A stretch of 64,000 bases of DNA, taken from NCBI GenBank assembly GCA_964016885.1, contig OZ024741.1, positions 331,576,001 to 331,640,000 on the forward strand. Direction: 5' to 3'. The notes below the pieces were generated by a model, which searched no databases, was not told the origin of the DNA, and saw nothing but the letters and a program-made list of their open reading frames with translations. The translations under genes were made by a program, and so were the position numbers. The first letter of the stretch is position 1. Each line of letters starts with the position of its first letter. This document shows, in pieces, positions 11,222-22,931 of this stretch. Source of the DNA: Eledone cirrhosa (taxonomy: Eukaryota).

Positions 11222-12029
11222 TGTTTCTAGCAGCAGACAGCTAGAAATGAATGGAAGTTTACAAGCATCTGAGAAGCTGGAATCTTTTACCCATGTCCCT
11301 GACACACCTACATAACCTTTCCATTGACCTATACTAATTAACAACGAATTTCTCCAATAAATCTCAATTTGTTCATGCCTCACCTATTTTCTATTTCCTG
11401 AATCCTATTTAAATGGAATGAGTACTCCTCCAGCCTATGAAACTAAATCGTTATTTCACTGATGTCTGCTCACCACCATTCAATTCATTTCCACTTGTAA
11501 TCTTATCTACTCACTATTTAATCTCGTTTGCTGGAGGATTAGCCTTGTTGTTACTGTGTAGGCTTTAAACTATTGTAATAGCAAATTCAAATCCCATCTT
11601 GAAATGAAGTGTTGTCAATTCATAATTTTTCTTCTCTTAATACAGTTTCTCATCAGCAATAATGGATGTCATTCATGGGGCTTCATGAAACTATTCTCTC
11701 CTTAACACAAACTTTTATCCGAGAGCAACTACTTCACTCTGTTTTATCATCATCCTAATGAGTTTCAACGATTTAATGACTGAAATGTTCCTTCTATGAT
11801 TTGACTAAACTGAAACTTCGAAGTCACTGCCACTTTTCTATTTAGATATTGAGTGTTGATTGAGTTAATGTTTAAATGTTTTAAATACTAAAGTATTTTA
11901 AACACATAATTATAGGCAGTGCCTTTCATTGTGGTTATAATATATAAATACATTTTGTGTAGATTCATATGTACCTTGGTCTTAGATTATGTTGTGTTAG
12001 TGCTATTGCTAATTAATATTGTTATCATG

Positions 12030-12064
<35 letters not shown>

Positions 12065-12274
12065 ACACACATATATACATACATATCTATCTATCTATAT
12101 ATACACATACACACAAACATATATACATACATATATATATACGTATATATTAACTCTTTAGTTACCATATTTCTAATGAAAGAAACTGCCTATAATATTC
12201 AAAGAATTTTGAAAACATCCAAGAATTTGGAGAGATTTGCTTGTGGTTTTTACATAGTTTTCAAAATAATTAAG

Positions 12275-12456
12275 AATTGTTCCTACTTTTGGCACAAGGC
12301 CAGCAATTATCTCAGTGTATTACTGGTACTTTATTTTATCGACCCCGTAAGGATGAAAGGCAAAGTTAACCTCGGCGGGATTTGAACTCAGTCCGTAAAG
12401 GGACGTAACTGTGCTGCAAAGCATGGCGTCCGACCCTCTACCGATACTGCCAATCC
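12275..12456 (-). mobile_element. tRNA-derived SINE (ctttgcctttcatcc...gtcgataaaataaagtaccag central domain)
   Basis: A box tggcagtatcgg, B box gagttcaaatcc on - strand; flanking direct repeat attaagaatt (12269, 12457). Confidence 0.85.
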
Positions 12457-12504
12457 ATTAAGAATTTGAAGTATTTAGTAATACACTTAATTTTCTCATT
12501 ATTT

Positions 12505-12686
12505 GAATTGGCAGTATCGGTAGAGGGTCGGACACCATGCTTTCTAGCATAGTTACGTCCCTTTACGGTTTGAGTTCAAATCCCGTCGAGGTTAACTTTG
12601 CCTTTCATCCTTACGGGGTCGATAAAATAAAGTACCAGTAATGTACTGGGTAATTGCTGGTCTTGTGCCAAAAGTAGAAACAATTA
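12505..12686 (+). mobile_element. tRNA-derived SINE, same family
   Basis: Closely similar to the reverse complement of 12275-12456. Confidence 0.85.
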
Positions 12687-13204
12687 TTATGTTGATGTCT
12701 AGAACATAACTTAACAAAGGTTCTTACATAAAATTATGATGGAATGTTTTAGCCTTTTCATAACTCTATTTCTAATGAAAATACTGTATATAATGTTGAA
12801 TTGATTTTGAAAATAATGAAGAATTTGGCCCTATTTAGTAATATAACTAACGTTCTGATCATTAAGTTGAGGGGGTAGAACATAACTTAATAAAGGGTTT
12901 TGCATAAAATTACGATAAATATTGTAAGTGTTTTTAGATAAATATAAATACTTTAAAACAAATGGTGTTGTATTATAGAGCCAAGGGCTGTTTCAAGCAG
13001 TTTGGTATGAAAAGGGGTGAAACCAAATAATTGATTAAGCCTACCAACCATGAACATGTCTTTCACACAGTTGCTGTCTACCAAATTTGAATCACAAGGA
13101 TTTGATTAAGATATTGGATTTGATTAAGGTATTTGATTAAGGTATTCTATTGATTTCAAAGGTACACCACAGTGGGATTGAACCTGAAAACATCATAGCT
13201 TCGT

Positions 13205-13541
13205 AGTGTGTATGTGTGCGTGTGTGTGTTATGTGTGTGTGTGAGAGAGAAAGAGAGAGAGCTGGAGATATATATATATATATATAGAGAGAGAGATAGA
13301 GAGATAGAGATAGATTGAGAGATAGATAGATAGATAAAGAGAGAGATGGAGATAGAGAGATAGATAGATAGATTGATAAAGAGAGAGATGGAGAGAGATA
13401 TAGAGATAGATGGATAGATAGAGATAGAGTTATGGGGATAGATAGATAAATAGATAGATAGAGAGAGAGAGATGGATATATATATAGAGAGAGAGGGGGA
13501 GATGGAGAGAGATATGGAGATAGATAGATAGATAGATTGAT

Positions 13542-13605
<64 letters not shown>
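13205..13605. repeat. (TG)n/(GATA)n/(GA)n microsatellite
   Basis: Read directly. Confidence 0.95.
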
Positions 13606-13609
<4 letters not shown>

Positions 13610-14239
13610 TATGATCTAAAGGGTATGTTGTCTAGAATAGCCTAAGGAACCCATGATGAACTGAGAATGGTAAATAGTAACTACCATTTACCACTGGTTG
13701 GTTCAGATACAATCATTTTCATTATTGTTGGAAATGATTTTTCCTATTGATTTCCTCTTCCCATACATTTCTTAGTATCATCATCTTCATCGCAACCACT
13801 CAATGCCATCACCCTCTTACCACTACCACAAGCAAAGCCACCACCATAACAATCAACAACCTCATCATCACCGCCATCGCTCATCCTCATCACCACCATC
13901 GCTCACTGCCACAATCCTCCCACCATCACCATAACCATCATCACCACCACTACCACGCACTACCACAATCCTCCCACCACTACAACCATTTTCCACATCA
14001 TCATTATCATCCTCGTCATCAACACCACCACACCCACCACCACTATCACTCACTGCCACCATACCCATTATCATCATCATCATCACAATTCAGCAAAGCT
14101 ATTTCCTGTCCCTGACATAATTAAACAGGTTTGCTTTGATTGAACAAGGGAGCCTCAATATAGTTGCTTGACCTGCTAAAAATAGCAGCCAAATTGCCTT
14201 CAAATCACACCCCACTGCTTTAACACTTTTGTGATCATA

Positions 14240-14555
14240 TTGGTATGAATATGGACATGTAATGCACATGGATGATGATCGCTGGATGAAGAAGTGCCAA
14301 GTAATCCCAGTAGAGGGAGGCTGTGGTAGAGGAAGACCAAGAAAGACCAAGAAAGACCAAGAAAGACCAAGAAAAACCAAAAAAGACCTGGATGGAAGTG
14401 ATGAGAGCTGATCTCAAATCATTGAAGCTCATGCAGGAGATGACAAAGCAATGCGATAAGTGGAGAGATGCTGTAAAGAGAAGGACCCATCTAATCCATG
14501 CAAGCATGGAACAACAGATGTAAAATGATGATAACGATAATGATGATGATGATGA
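14240..14555 (+). mobile_element. RTE LINE 3' end
   Basis: YGHVMHMDDDRWMKKCQVIPVEGGCGRGRP...KTWMEVMRADLK...CDKWRDAVKRRT, then (tga)n tail. Confidence 0.85.
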
Positions 14556-15702
14556 TTTCTAGTGTAATACATTGTGTATTTCAATTATCAACACAATTAT
14601 GAACATCCCAGGTTCAATTCCAGTGTTTGGTATTTTGAGCCGGGGTCTTTATCATAGCCTTGGGAGTGATGGAATCTACATTTGTGCTTTTAATTCAAAG
14701 GGTCAGCCTTGTGATACCTTCTGTCATGTTGATTTAGCTTAGCAATCATGTTAAGAGTACATGTGACTATGGAATACTCACTCTGAAACCTTGGGAGGGA
14801 TTAGTTACCTAACTGATAACAGTTTCTGATTTAGGCACATAGATAACAATTTTGGAGGTACTTTATTTTATTGATATCATAATTATGAAAAGCACAGCTA
14901 ACCTCAGTGGGATTTGAACTCAAACAGGAATTAATTAATGAGAAAGTTAGTTATATTACTAATAAATCCCTCCAAATTCCTGATTATTTTCAAAATTATT
15001 TCAAAACTCTAAGCAGCGTCTTTCACTAGAAATATGGTAATGAAAGGATTAATGTTCAGAATAATCCTACTCCACCCCACCCACTCCACCTTCCAAAGAT
15101 GATCTAGAGAGGAGGTGCAGATGATATGATGATAAAGCTAATTATCAGCTTTGCCACCACTACCATCAATACCACCATCCATTACAAATGACCACCACCG
15201 CTATAAGCGCCATCACCACCACCATCACCATCCATCACTGTGAGATGACTACCACCATTATTATCACCATCACCACCTCTAGCCATCACAGTAAGATGAC
15301 CAACACCACCATCCATCATCTCCTTCATTGCTGATTTTACCAATATAGTTATTGTAAATATTTTCTTTATTATCCTCATTCTCCTTATCATTAATCATTG
15401 ATAATCAGTATCATATCCTTATTGCCGCCACCGCCACTGCCACCACCTCTACTACCACCAACGATCACTATCACTACCAGCATTACCATCACACCACCAA
15501 CATCTCTACTACTCTCTCTCCTTTTTTCTTCCAACTTTCTTGAACACAACTTCCTTCTCCTCTGTTTCCTCCTCTTCATTATCCTCATCCTCATCATTAT
15601 TATAACCTATTAGTAAAAGTGGAGGGAGAGCAATAACCATGACCCTATATCTTTACAGATCCTTCAAGACTGTTGAGAAGATTTGAGGAAGTAATCTTCC
15701 AA

Positions 15703-15759
15703 CTGGTCACTGGGTACTGTTAATGGAGTACAACTCCATTAACAGTACCCAGTGACCAG
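15703..15759. repeat. Perfect hairpin, 27-bp arms, 3-nt loop
   Basis: ctggtcactgggtactgttaatggagt-aca-actccattaacagtacccagtgaccag. Confidence 0.95.
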
Positions 15760-15899
15760 ATAGTGGTATTAAGATTTTGATACCAACCCATCCAAAACTT
15801 TCCCTGGTTCTATGAAACAGAACCATTCATTTTAAAGGGTTCCTATCTCAATGAAACTCTTTTAACATATGTAATTTGACAGCACAGTCTCCTGGAAAT

Positions 15900-16245
15900 G
15901 TATGTATGTGTGTAGGGTCCTGTAACTCTTGATAGAGTCGTAGGGGACCCCGTATTGACACACAGCATTTCTTGGGCATTTTAAACCTGGCGGAGCCCAT
16001 CCTCTCCGGGCCTGAGTACAGAAGAATTCTTCCAGAGAAAGATAGAAAGTGAGAGAGAGGAAATGAGAAATAGATATAGAGGAAGGATTGAACCCAGTAC
16101 TGGACTGGTACTTTTTTTATCGACCTCGAAAGGATGAAAAGCAAAGTTGACCTTAGCAGGATTTGAATGCACAGAACAGAGATCCGGAACAAATACCATA
16201 GAGCATTCTAACCATAGAACGTTCTAACAACTCTGCCAATTCGAC
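15900..16245 (-). mobile_element. tRNA-derived SINE, long-tail subfamily
   Basis: B box and central domain on - strand; homologous to 24132-24446. Confidence 0.75.
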
Positions 16246-16299
16246 ACCTGGAAATATAGGTTCAAAGCAGAGATCTCCACCACATCTGACATCAAACTC

Positions 16300-16600
16300 A
16301 ATAACAACTGTGGAATTTACACCTGCAAAGCTGCGACACCACCTTAAGAATAAGTGCAACTATGCCTCTCCTGGTATTGATGGTGCTACATACCTGTTTC
16401 TTAAATGCGGTGGGTTCTCTCTTCTGCACCAGCTTTCCCTTCTTCCAATTCTGCCTTAACAGCAGTGTTACCCCAGAGCAGTGGAAAACTGTCAATATCA
16501 TTCCTCTGCTCAAAAAGGGTGATCACATATCGCCTTTCAATTATTGTCCAGTCAGTCTTACTAGCTCCATCGCCAAATTGAAGGAGTCTTGTGTCTGAAA
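16300..16600 (+). pseudogene. CR1/L2/Jockey-type LINE ORF2 fragment (pre-RT region)
   Basis: SPGIDG ... PEQWKTVNIIPLLKKGD...NYCPVSLTSSIAKL motifs, with frameshifts. Confidence 0.75.
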
Positions 16601-16684
16601 AACACTCTGGAACTTCCCAAACTCTCACAGCCTTATCTAGCATTTGCATTTTGGAGTTATCCCTAACTCCAGCTGCTGTGATCA

Positions 16685-17237
16685 ACTTCATTACTACATT
16701 TCTAATGAAAAACACTACTTAGAATTTGGAAAAGCATAGTAAAATAACTAACTTTTTTCATTATTAATCTGGTATAACAAATATTCTCACAAAATTATGA
16801 TGGAATGTTTTTAGATAAATATAAACACTTTGATGCCATTACTACAATTCTAATGGAAAACACTATCTATGAATTTCAAATCTTTTTGGAAATAGAAAAT
16901 TGTAAAGGATCTAGTAATATAACTTACTCATTATTAAGATGGTATTTAGAACATAACAAAAATTCTTACATAAAATTATGATGGAAGGTTTCTAGATAAA
17001 TACAAACACTTTAATACCATTACAACTTATCTATGCATTTCAAATCCTTTTGAAAATAATTAGAATTTGGAATATAACTAACTTTCTCATTATTAAGCTA
17101 CTATTTGGAATAGAACTTAAAATTTCTTACATAAAATTATGGAATGCTTTTAGATAAATATAAACACTTCAAAACAAACAATTTTGTATCGCAGAACCAG
17201 ATAATGTTTCAGGTGGTTTGGTATCAAAAGTGTTGAA
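16685..17237 (+). mobile_element. Three head-to-tail partial copies of the piggyBac-like family
   Basis: Restarts near 16687, 16830 and 17011 with shared aaaattatg(at)ggaa..ttttagataaata.aaacactt; single 3' terminus ggtatcaaaagtgttgaa. Confidence 0.6.
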
Positions 17238-18020
17238 CCAGGTAACATTAAATTGACAACCAGAGAATTAAAAAAATTAAACAAATACCATAAAGTATTT
17301 TGTCTGACATTCTAACAATTCTGCAAATCTGCCGCCCTGGAATGAATCGGTATTTTATCAAGCCAGTTGGATGAAAGACAAAGATGGCTTTGTTGAAATT
17401 TGAACAGAGAATGCAGAAAATTGGAACAAATGTCAGAAGACATTTTTTTTCCTGGGCTCAAATAGTTCTGCCGATACACACTTGAAGCTAGTTGCCATTG
17501 TGACCTCTGGTGTCCTTGGTCTCTGAACTGTTATTTCCTCTGCTAAATTGGAAGGAGTGCATCATGCCTTTAGAAGGAGTCCTATGAGATAGAGGGGCTG
17601 ATAAAGTGGGTGTTGATGGCTGTTTTCTGAAGCAATGCTTTTGTTAAGTTGCCTGCAATAGTGAATCTGAGATATTACTGCCTAGACTTCGGTGTAGAGT
17701 CTGCTGCTCCCTTAAACCTTTCACTTATTTTTTCTTTCTTTTTCTCTTTTTATTGCAAATATTATATCATTCAATGCACTGCCTCTATTTATGTGAGTGT
17801 AGATGAATGGCTTAGTAGTCAGAGTATTCAGTTCATGATCATAAGATTATGAGTTTAATTCCTAGCAGCACATTATGTCCTTAATCAAGACACTATATTT
17901 CATGTTACTCCAGTCCATTTATATAGAGAGAGATAGATAGATCAGGATTTCACCAGTTTTAAATTAGTAAGACCATTATTCAGCAGTGTATTTGATACTT
18001 TAGATAGTAGAGTGTAAGTA

Positions 18021-18129
18021 AATTAGAGAGTTGGGATCTGACGGCTGGGCTCTTGCTATTTCAAAGCAAAGTCTGAAATTTTCTGTTGAAGTGAAAAGAG
18101 TTCAGTTGTTGGGCTCTGACTCTCTAATT
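18021..18129. repeat. Diverged palindrome
   Basis: aattagagagttgggatctgacggctgggctctt versus reverse complement aattagagagtcagagcccaacaactgaactctt; mostly transitions. Confidence 0.6.
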
Positions 18130-18173
18130 GATATATATAAAGTTGGATGAGAAGCTACTAATTAGACAATATT

Positions 18174-19485
18174 AGAGTTACGGCCCTTGCCATTCTGAGT
18201 TCAAATCCCGCCGAGGTTAACTTTGCCTTTCATCCTTACGGGGTCGATAAAATAAAGTACCAGTAATGCACTAGGCAATTTCTGGCCTTGTGCCAATAGT
18301 AGAAACAATTATATTTATATGGCAGTATTGGTAGAGGGTTGGTCGCTATGCTTTGATGCATAGAGTTACGGCCCTTGCCATTCTGAGTTCAAATCCCGCC
18401 GAGATTAACTTTGCCTTTCATCCTTACGGGGTGGATAAAATAAAGTACCAGTAATGCACTGGGTAATTGCTGGCCTTGTGCCAAAAGTAGAAACAATTAT
18501 ATACATAATAATTGGACAGTGGATTGGCAGTATCGGTAGAGGGTCAGACGCTATGCTTTGTTACGGCCATTTTCGGTTTGAGTTCAAATCCCACTAAGGT
18601 TAACTTTGCCTTTCATCCTTACAGGGTCGATAAAATAAAGTACCAGTAATGCACTGGGTAATTGCTGGCCTTGTGCCAAAAGTAGAAACAATTATATACA
18701 TAATAATTGGACAGTGGATTGGCAGTATCGGTAGAGGGTCAGACGCTATGCTTTGTTACGGCCATTTTCGGTTTGAGTTCAAATCCCACTAAGGTTAACT
18801 TTGCCTTTCATCCTTACAGGGTCGATAAAATAAAGTACCAGTAATGCACTGGGTAATTGCTGGCCTTGTGCCAAAAGTAGAAACAATTATATACATAATA
18901 ATTGGACAGTGGATTGGCAGTATCGGTAGAGGGTCAGACGCTATGCTTTGTTACGGCCATTTTCGGTTTGAGTTCAAATCCCACTAAGGTTAACTTTGCC
19001 TTTCATCCTTACAGGGTCGATAAAATAAAGTACCAGTAATGCACTGGGTAATTGCTGGCCTTGTGCCAAAAGTAGAAACAATTATATACATAATAATTGG
19101 ACAGTGGATTGGCAGTATCGGTAGAGGGTCAGACGCTATGCTTTGTTACGGCCATTTTCGGTTTGAGTTCAAATCCCACTAAGGTTAACTTTGCCTTTCA
19201 TCCTTACAGGGTCGATAAAATAAAGTACCAGTAATGCACTGGGTAATTGCTGGCCTTGTGCCAAAAGTAGAAACAATTATATACATAATAATTGGACAGT
19301 GGATTGGCAGTATCGGTAGAGGGTCAGACGCTATGCTTTGTTACGGCCATTTTCGGTTTGAGTTCAAATCCCACTAAGGTTAACTTTGCCTTTCATCCTT
19401 ACAGGGTCGATAAAATAAAGAACCAGTAATACACTGGGGAATTGCTGGCCTTGTGTCAAAAGTAGAAATAATTATGTATATACAT
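18174..19485 (+). repeat. Tandem array of seven SINE copies (five 195-bp units)
   Basis: attggacagtggattggcag recurs at 18511, 18706, 18901, 19096 and 19291; two more diverged copies at about 18174 and 18320. Confidence 0.95.
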
Positions 19486-19530
19486 AATAGGATTTTCTGC
19501 TCTAAAATAAAGCTTTTACAATTTTGATAG

Positions 19531-19569
<39 letters not shown>

Positions 19570-19585
19570 GCACACATACATACAT

Positions 19586-20053
19586 ATGATGATAATGGCA
19601 GTAATGATGATGATGATGATGATGGTGATGATGTTGATGATCATGGTGGTGATGATGATATATACGATGGAGGTGACAATGGTGACGATGATGATGATGA
19701 TGATGTTGATGATGGAGATGATGATAGTGATGTTGACGGTGATGGAGATAATTGTTTCTACTTTAGGCACAAGGCCAGCAATTACCCAGTGCATTACTGG
19801 TACTTTATTTTATCGAGATAATGATGATTATGGTTGATGTTGATGACGATAGTGATGATGGAGATGCTGCTGTTGCTGCTGCTGATGATGATGGAGATGA
19901 TGATGATGATGGAGATGATGATGATGATGGTGATGATGATGGTGTTGGAGATGATGATGATAGAGATGATGATGGTGATGGTGATGATGATCATGGTGGT
20001 GTTGACGGTGGTGATGATGGCGATGGTGATGATAGTGGTGATGATAGTGATGT

Positions 20054-20085
<32 letters not shown>
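19586..20085. repeat. (GAT)n-rich trinucleotide repeat with a partial SINE (- strand, about 19750-19818)
   Basis: Read directly. Confidence 0.9.
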
Positions 20086-20223
20086 CGTGTGTAACAAGGA
20101 AAAGGTTTCAGTGTGTTAATTTATTGAAATTTAATTTTCTTCTGTAAACAGTTCACATTAATTTCAACGGAGGACACACACACACACATATATATGCATA
20201 CACATAAATATGTATATATTTAT

Positions 20224-20260
<37 letters not shown>

Positions 20261-20283
20261 CACACACATACATATATATATAC

Positions 20284-20314
<31 letters not shown>

Positions 20315-20451
20315 ATAATAATAAACTATATATAATTATAAACAGGAAAGGTCAGTATTTTTTTTTTTTACCACCTTATTTCCAGTATGAAAAATAGCTC
20401 AATGTATATATATATTTAATATAGAAATGGCTTCTACAGGACTCCAGGATA

Positions 20452-20488
<37 letters not shown>

Positions 20489-20547
20489 AATGAGTAAAAA
20501 CTATCCTCGATAAAGAGTACTCATAACCTCTACTTGGATTAACTTAA

Positions 20548-20582
<35 letters not shown>

Positions 20583-20741
20583 AACACACACACACACATA
20601 CACACACACATATATTTATATACACACATACATGTATACATATGTATATATATAAGTAGAAGTTGTATTTAATTTGTTGGAAGTCCGACAAACATAAATG
20701 TTTATAACTGATTTAAAGCACTCAACAGTTATTGGAGTAAT

Positions 20742-21040
20742 TATTCAATGATATTAAATGAATGGAAACTATATTTATAAAACCATATTTATTTTATTAT
20801 ATATATTTCAAGGGCAACCAAGACAACATTGGTGCCCTTTCATCAGATAAAATACAAAGTTTGTTTTATAAATAGAGACGTACCCACTGAAATCATACCT
20901 TATTGGTTGGAAATTCACTAGTGAATTTCCAACCAATAAGGTATGATTTCCAATGTTGTCTTGGTTGTCCTTGAAATATATATAATAAAATAAATATGGT
21001 TTTATAAATATAGTTTCCATTCATTTAATATCATTGAATA
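20742..21040. repeat. Nested fold-back: 91-bp outer arms plus inner perfect 62-bp palindrome
   Basis: 20742-20832 is the reverse complement of 20950-21040 (1 mismatch); 20889-20950 is self-complementary about 20919/20920. Confidence 0.95.
20790..20854 (-). ncRNA. Type I hammerhead ribozyme
   Basis: Minus strand: TATTTTAT-CTGATGA-AAGGGCACCAA(tgttgtc)TTGGtTGCCCTT-GAAA-TATATA-TA-ATAAAATA; 8-bp stem I, canonical core, 11-bp stem II, palindromic stem III, AUA triplet. Confidence 0.88.
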
Positions 21041-21164
21041 TGTATATATATATATATTTGTGTATGTGTGTTAAGTATTTCTGTAGAAAAGGTAATGAAA
21101 TAATTCTTTTGTGTTGTTTATTATGTAATAAAAAAAAAATATATATATATATATATACACACAC

Positions 21165-21198
<34 letters not shown>

Positions 21199-21199
21199 A

Positions 21200-22010
21200 C
21201 TAGGTTAAGTAAAAAGATTATCTATACTTTTGCCATAACGTATCTTTAGGTTTGTCATACTACATTCTTCTCTTGCAGGCTTGTAGGTGGTACTATTGTT
21301 GTCACGTGATCAAGCCAGTTATCATGCTGCTGTTACAGTGTAAACCTAGCCTCTCCACTAGCAGTGTGTACCAGGATGTTTTCACTCCATACTCAGTCTT
21401 TTGGATTCTGGTTCATAGTAAAGGACCCACGTTTCATCTCCTGTGACTATTCTGCTAAAAGATTCTTCACCTTCATTGTTGTAGCGGCCAAGTAAACTTT
21501 GGCACACTTCAACATGTTTGTACTTGCACACCGAGGTAAGCTCTCTCGGCATCCATCCAGCACAGACTTTATGGAAACCGAGCTCGTGGATGATTGGATA
21601 GGCAGAACCATGACTAATCTGCAGAGAACATGCTATCTCATCCATGATAATTCACCAGTTTACCATTATCATCTCTCGAGCTTGCTGAATCTTCTTGTCA
21701 GTGGTGGAGGTTGACGCATGTTCTGCTCCTTCTTTGTGGGTCAGGCTTGTCTGGCCACTTTTAAACTTATCAATGCATTCATGCACACTTCTATGTGACA
21801 GAGCACTTTCGCCATATTGTATTAAAAGTCTCTGATGAATTTCAGCCTGACATACCTTCCACCCAGAGAAATCGGATCATTGCTAGCAGAGCAGCCATGT
21901 TTACACTGTAACAGCAGCAAGATAATTGGCTCAATCAAGCTGAAACTTCAATCACGTGACTACAATAGTACCATCTATAAGCACACAAGAGCAGGAGACA
22001 ATGTGACAAT
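21200..22010 (-). mobile_element. Mariner deletion derivative: N-terminal transposase pseudogene (21898 to about 21380) between inverted copies of the 5' end
   Basis: MAALL..IRFLWVEG..EIHQRL..YGESALS..FKSG, KVCAGWMPRELT (WVPHEL-type motif), RIVTGDETWVLYYEPESKRLSME; inverted repeat about 21252-21350 / 21895-22009; TA plus TIR-like start at 21200. Confidence 0.9.
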
Positions 22011-22066
22011 ATATATACATAGACTGGGGAGACCACAAATCAGGGAAGTACTCTATATGTGGATAT

Positions 22067-22200
22067 AGTGGAAGGTAAAAATCTGTCTGCAATGCCTAGC
22101 AGTTTCTGTTTATATTTAGCAAGTATTTTCAAGCCTTGAAAAAGCTTGCCGAATACAAGCTGAAACCATTAAGTATCGCAGTCGAGATTTTCCTTCCTCT
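22067..22200. repeat. Diverged palindrome centred at 22134 with a hammerhead-like remnant in the right arm
   Basis: Arms are reverse-complementary with many substitutions; TTGAAAA-AGCTTG(ccgaata)CAAGCT-GAAA-C..G-TA at 22136-22175. Confidence 0.6.
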
Positions 22201-22236
22201 TATTCTCTCTCTCTCTTATTATATATATATATATAT

Positions 22237-22333
22237 ATAGGAACAAATATGACCCCGACGGCAGAGCTCAAGCCGTTTCGACGGCTATTTCTGGACTGTC
22301 CAGCTCTGCTGTCGGGGTCATATTTGTTCCTAT
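22237..22333. repeat. Inverted repeat, 32-bp arms, 33-bp spacer, abutting (TA)n
   Basis: 22237-22268 pairs with 22302-22333 with one G.T. Confidence 0.9.
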
Positions 22334-22435
22334 TACCCACTCTACTACACTAAGTATTGAGTACTTTGGTGTGTTATAGTCCATCTGGTTCCTTACCACA
22401 ATTCCTTCGTTATATATATATATATACAAGAAGAC

Positions 22436-22740
22436 ACATGGCTTATTGGTTGGTGTGTTCCTGTTCATGCTTGTATGGTCATGAGTTTGATTCCTGGACT
22501 GGATGGTGTGTTGTGTCCTTGAGCAAGACACTTTCTCTCACATTGTTTCAGTTCACTCAACAGGCAAAAATGAGCTATACCTGTAATCTAAGGGACCAGC
22601 CTCATCACACATTGTGTCATGATAAATTAACCTTAGAAGTATGTTAATGGTGCATATGCCTGTGAAATGTTTAGTGAGTTACACATGAATTTCATGAGCA
22701 TACAGTTCTGTTCATTGACTCAACTAGAGCTTTTGTCATC
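22436..22740 (+). mobile_element. Older CORE-like SINE
   Basis: tggcttattggtt A box, gagtttgattcc B box, gtgtccttgagcaagacacttt; a related fragment lies near 17805-17915. Confidence 0.65.
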
Positions 22741-22881
22741 AGAAACAACAGAGGGCTAACATACACACACAAACACAAACTCACGAACATACACATACAT
22801 AAACACGCACACACGCACATACGTATATGTATATATATATACACTCACACACACTTACACTAATGTACATATGCATAATTT

Positions 22882-22931
<50 letters not shown>

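Larger units (their letters stand above)
12150..13021 (+). mobile_element. piggyBac-like non-autonomous element with internal duplication and two nested SINEs
   Basis: Starts TTAA-ctctttagttaccatatttct, restarts near 12755, ends tttggtatgaaaaggggtgaa (degenerate TIR plus TTAA). Confidence 0.6.

Noticed and set aside
13747-14115. His-rich ORF, and the Asp/His/Met-rich ORFs at 15182-15613 and 19586-20147
   Set aside because: Degenerate (CAT/CAC)n trinucleotide repeats, open in several frames, with no splice or domain support.
18511-19485. CRISPR-like regular array
   Set aside because: Units are identical end to end with no unique spacers; they are SINE copies and no cas genes are present.
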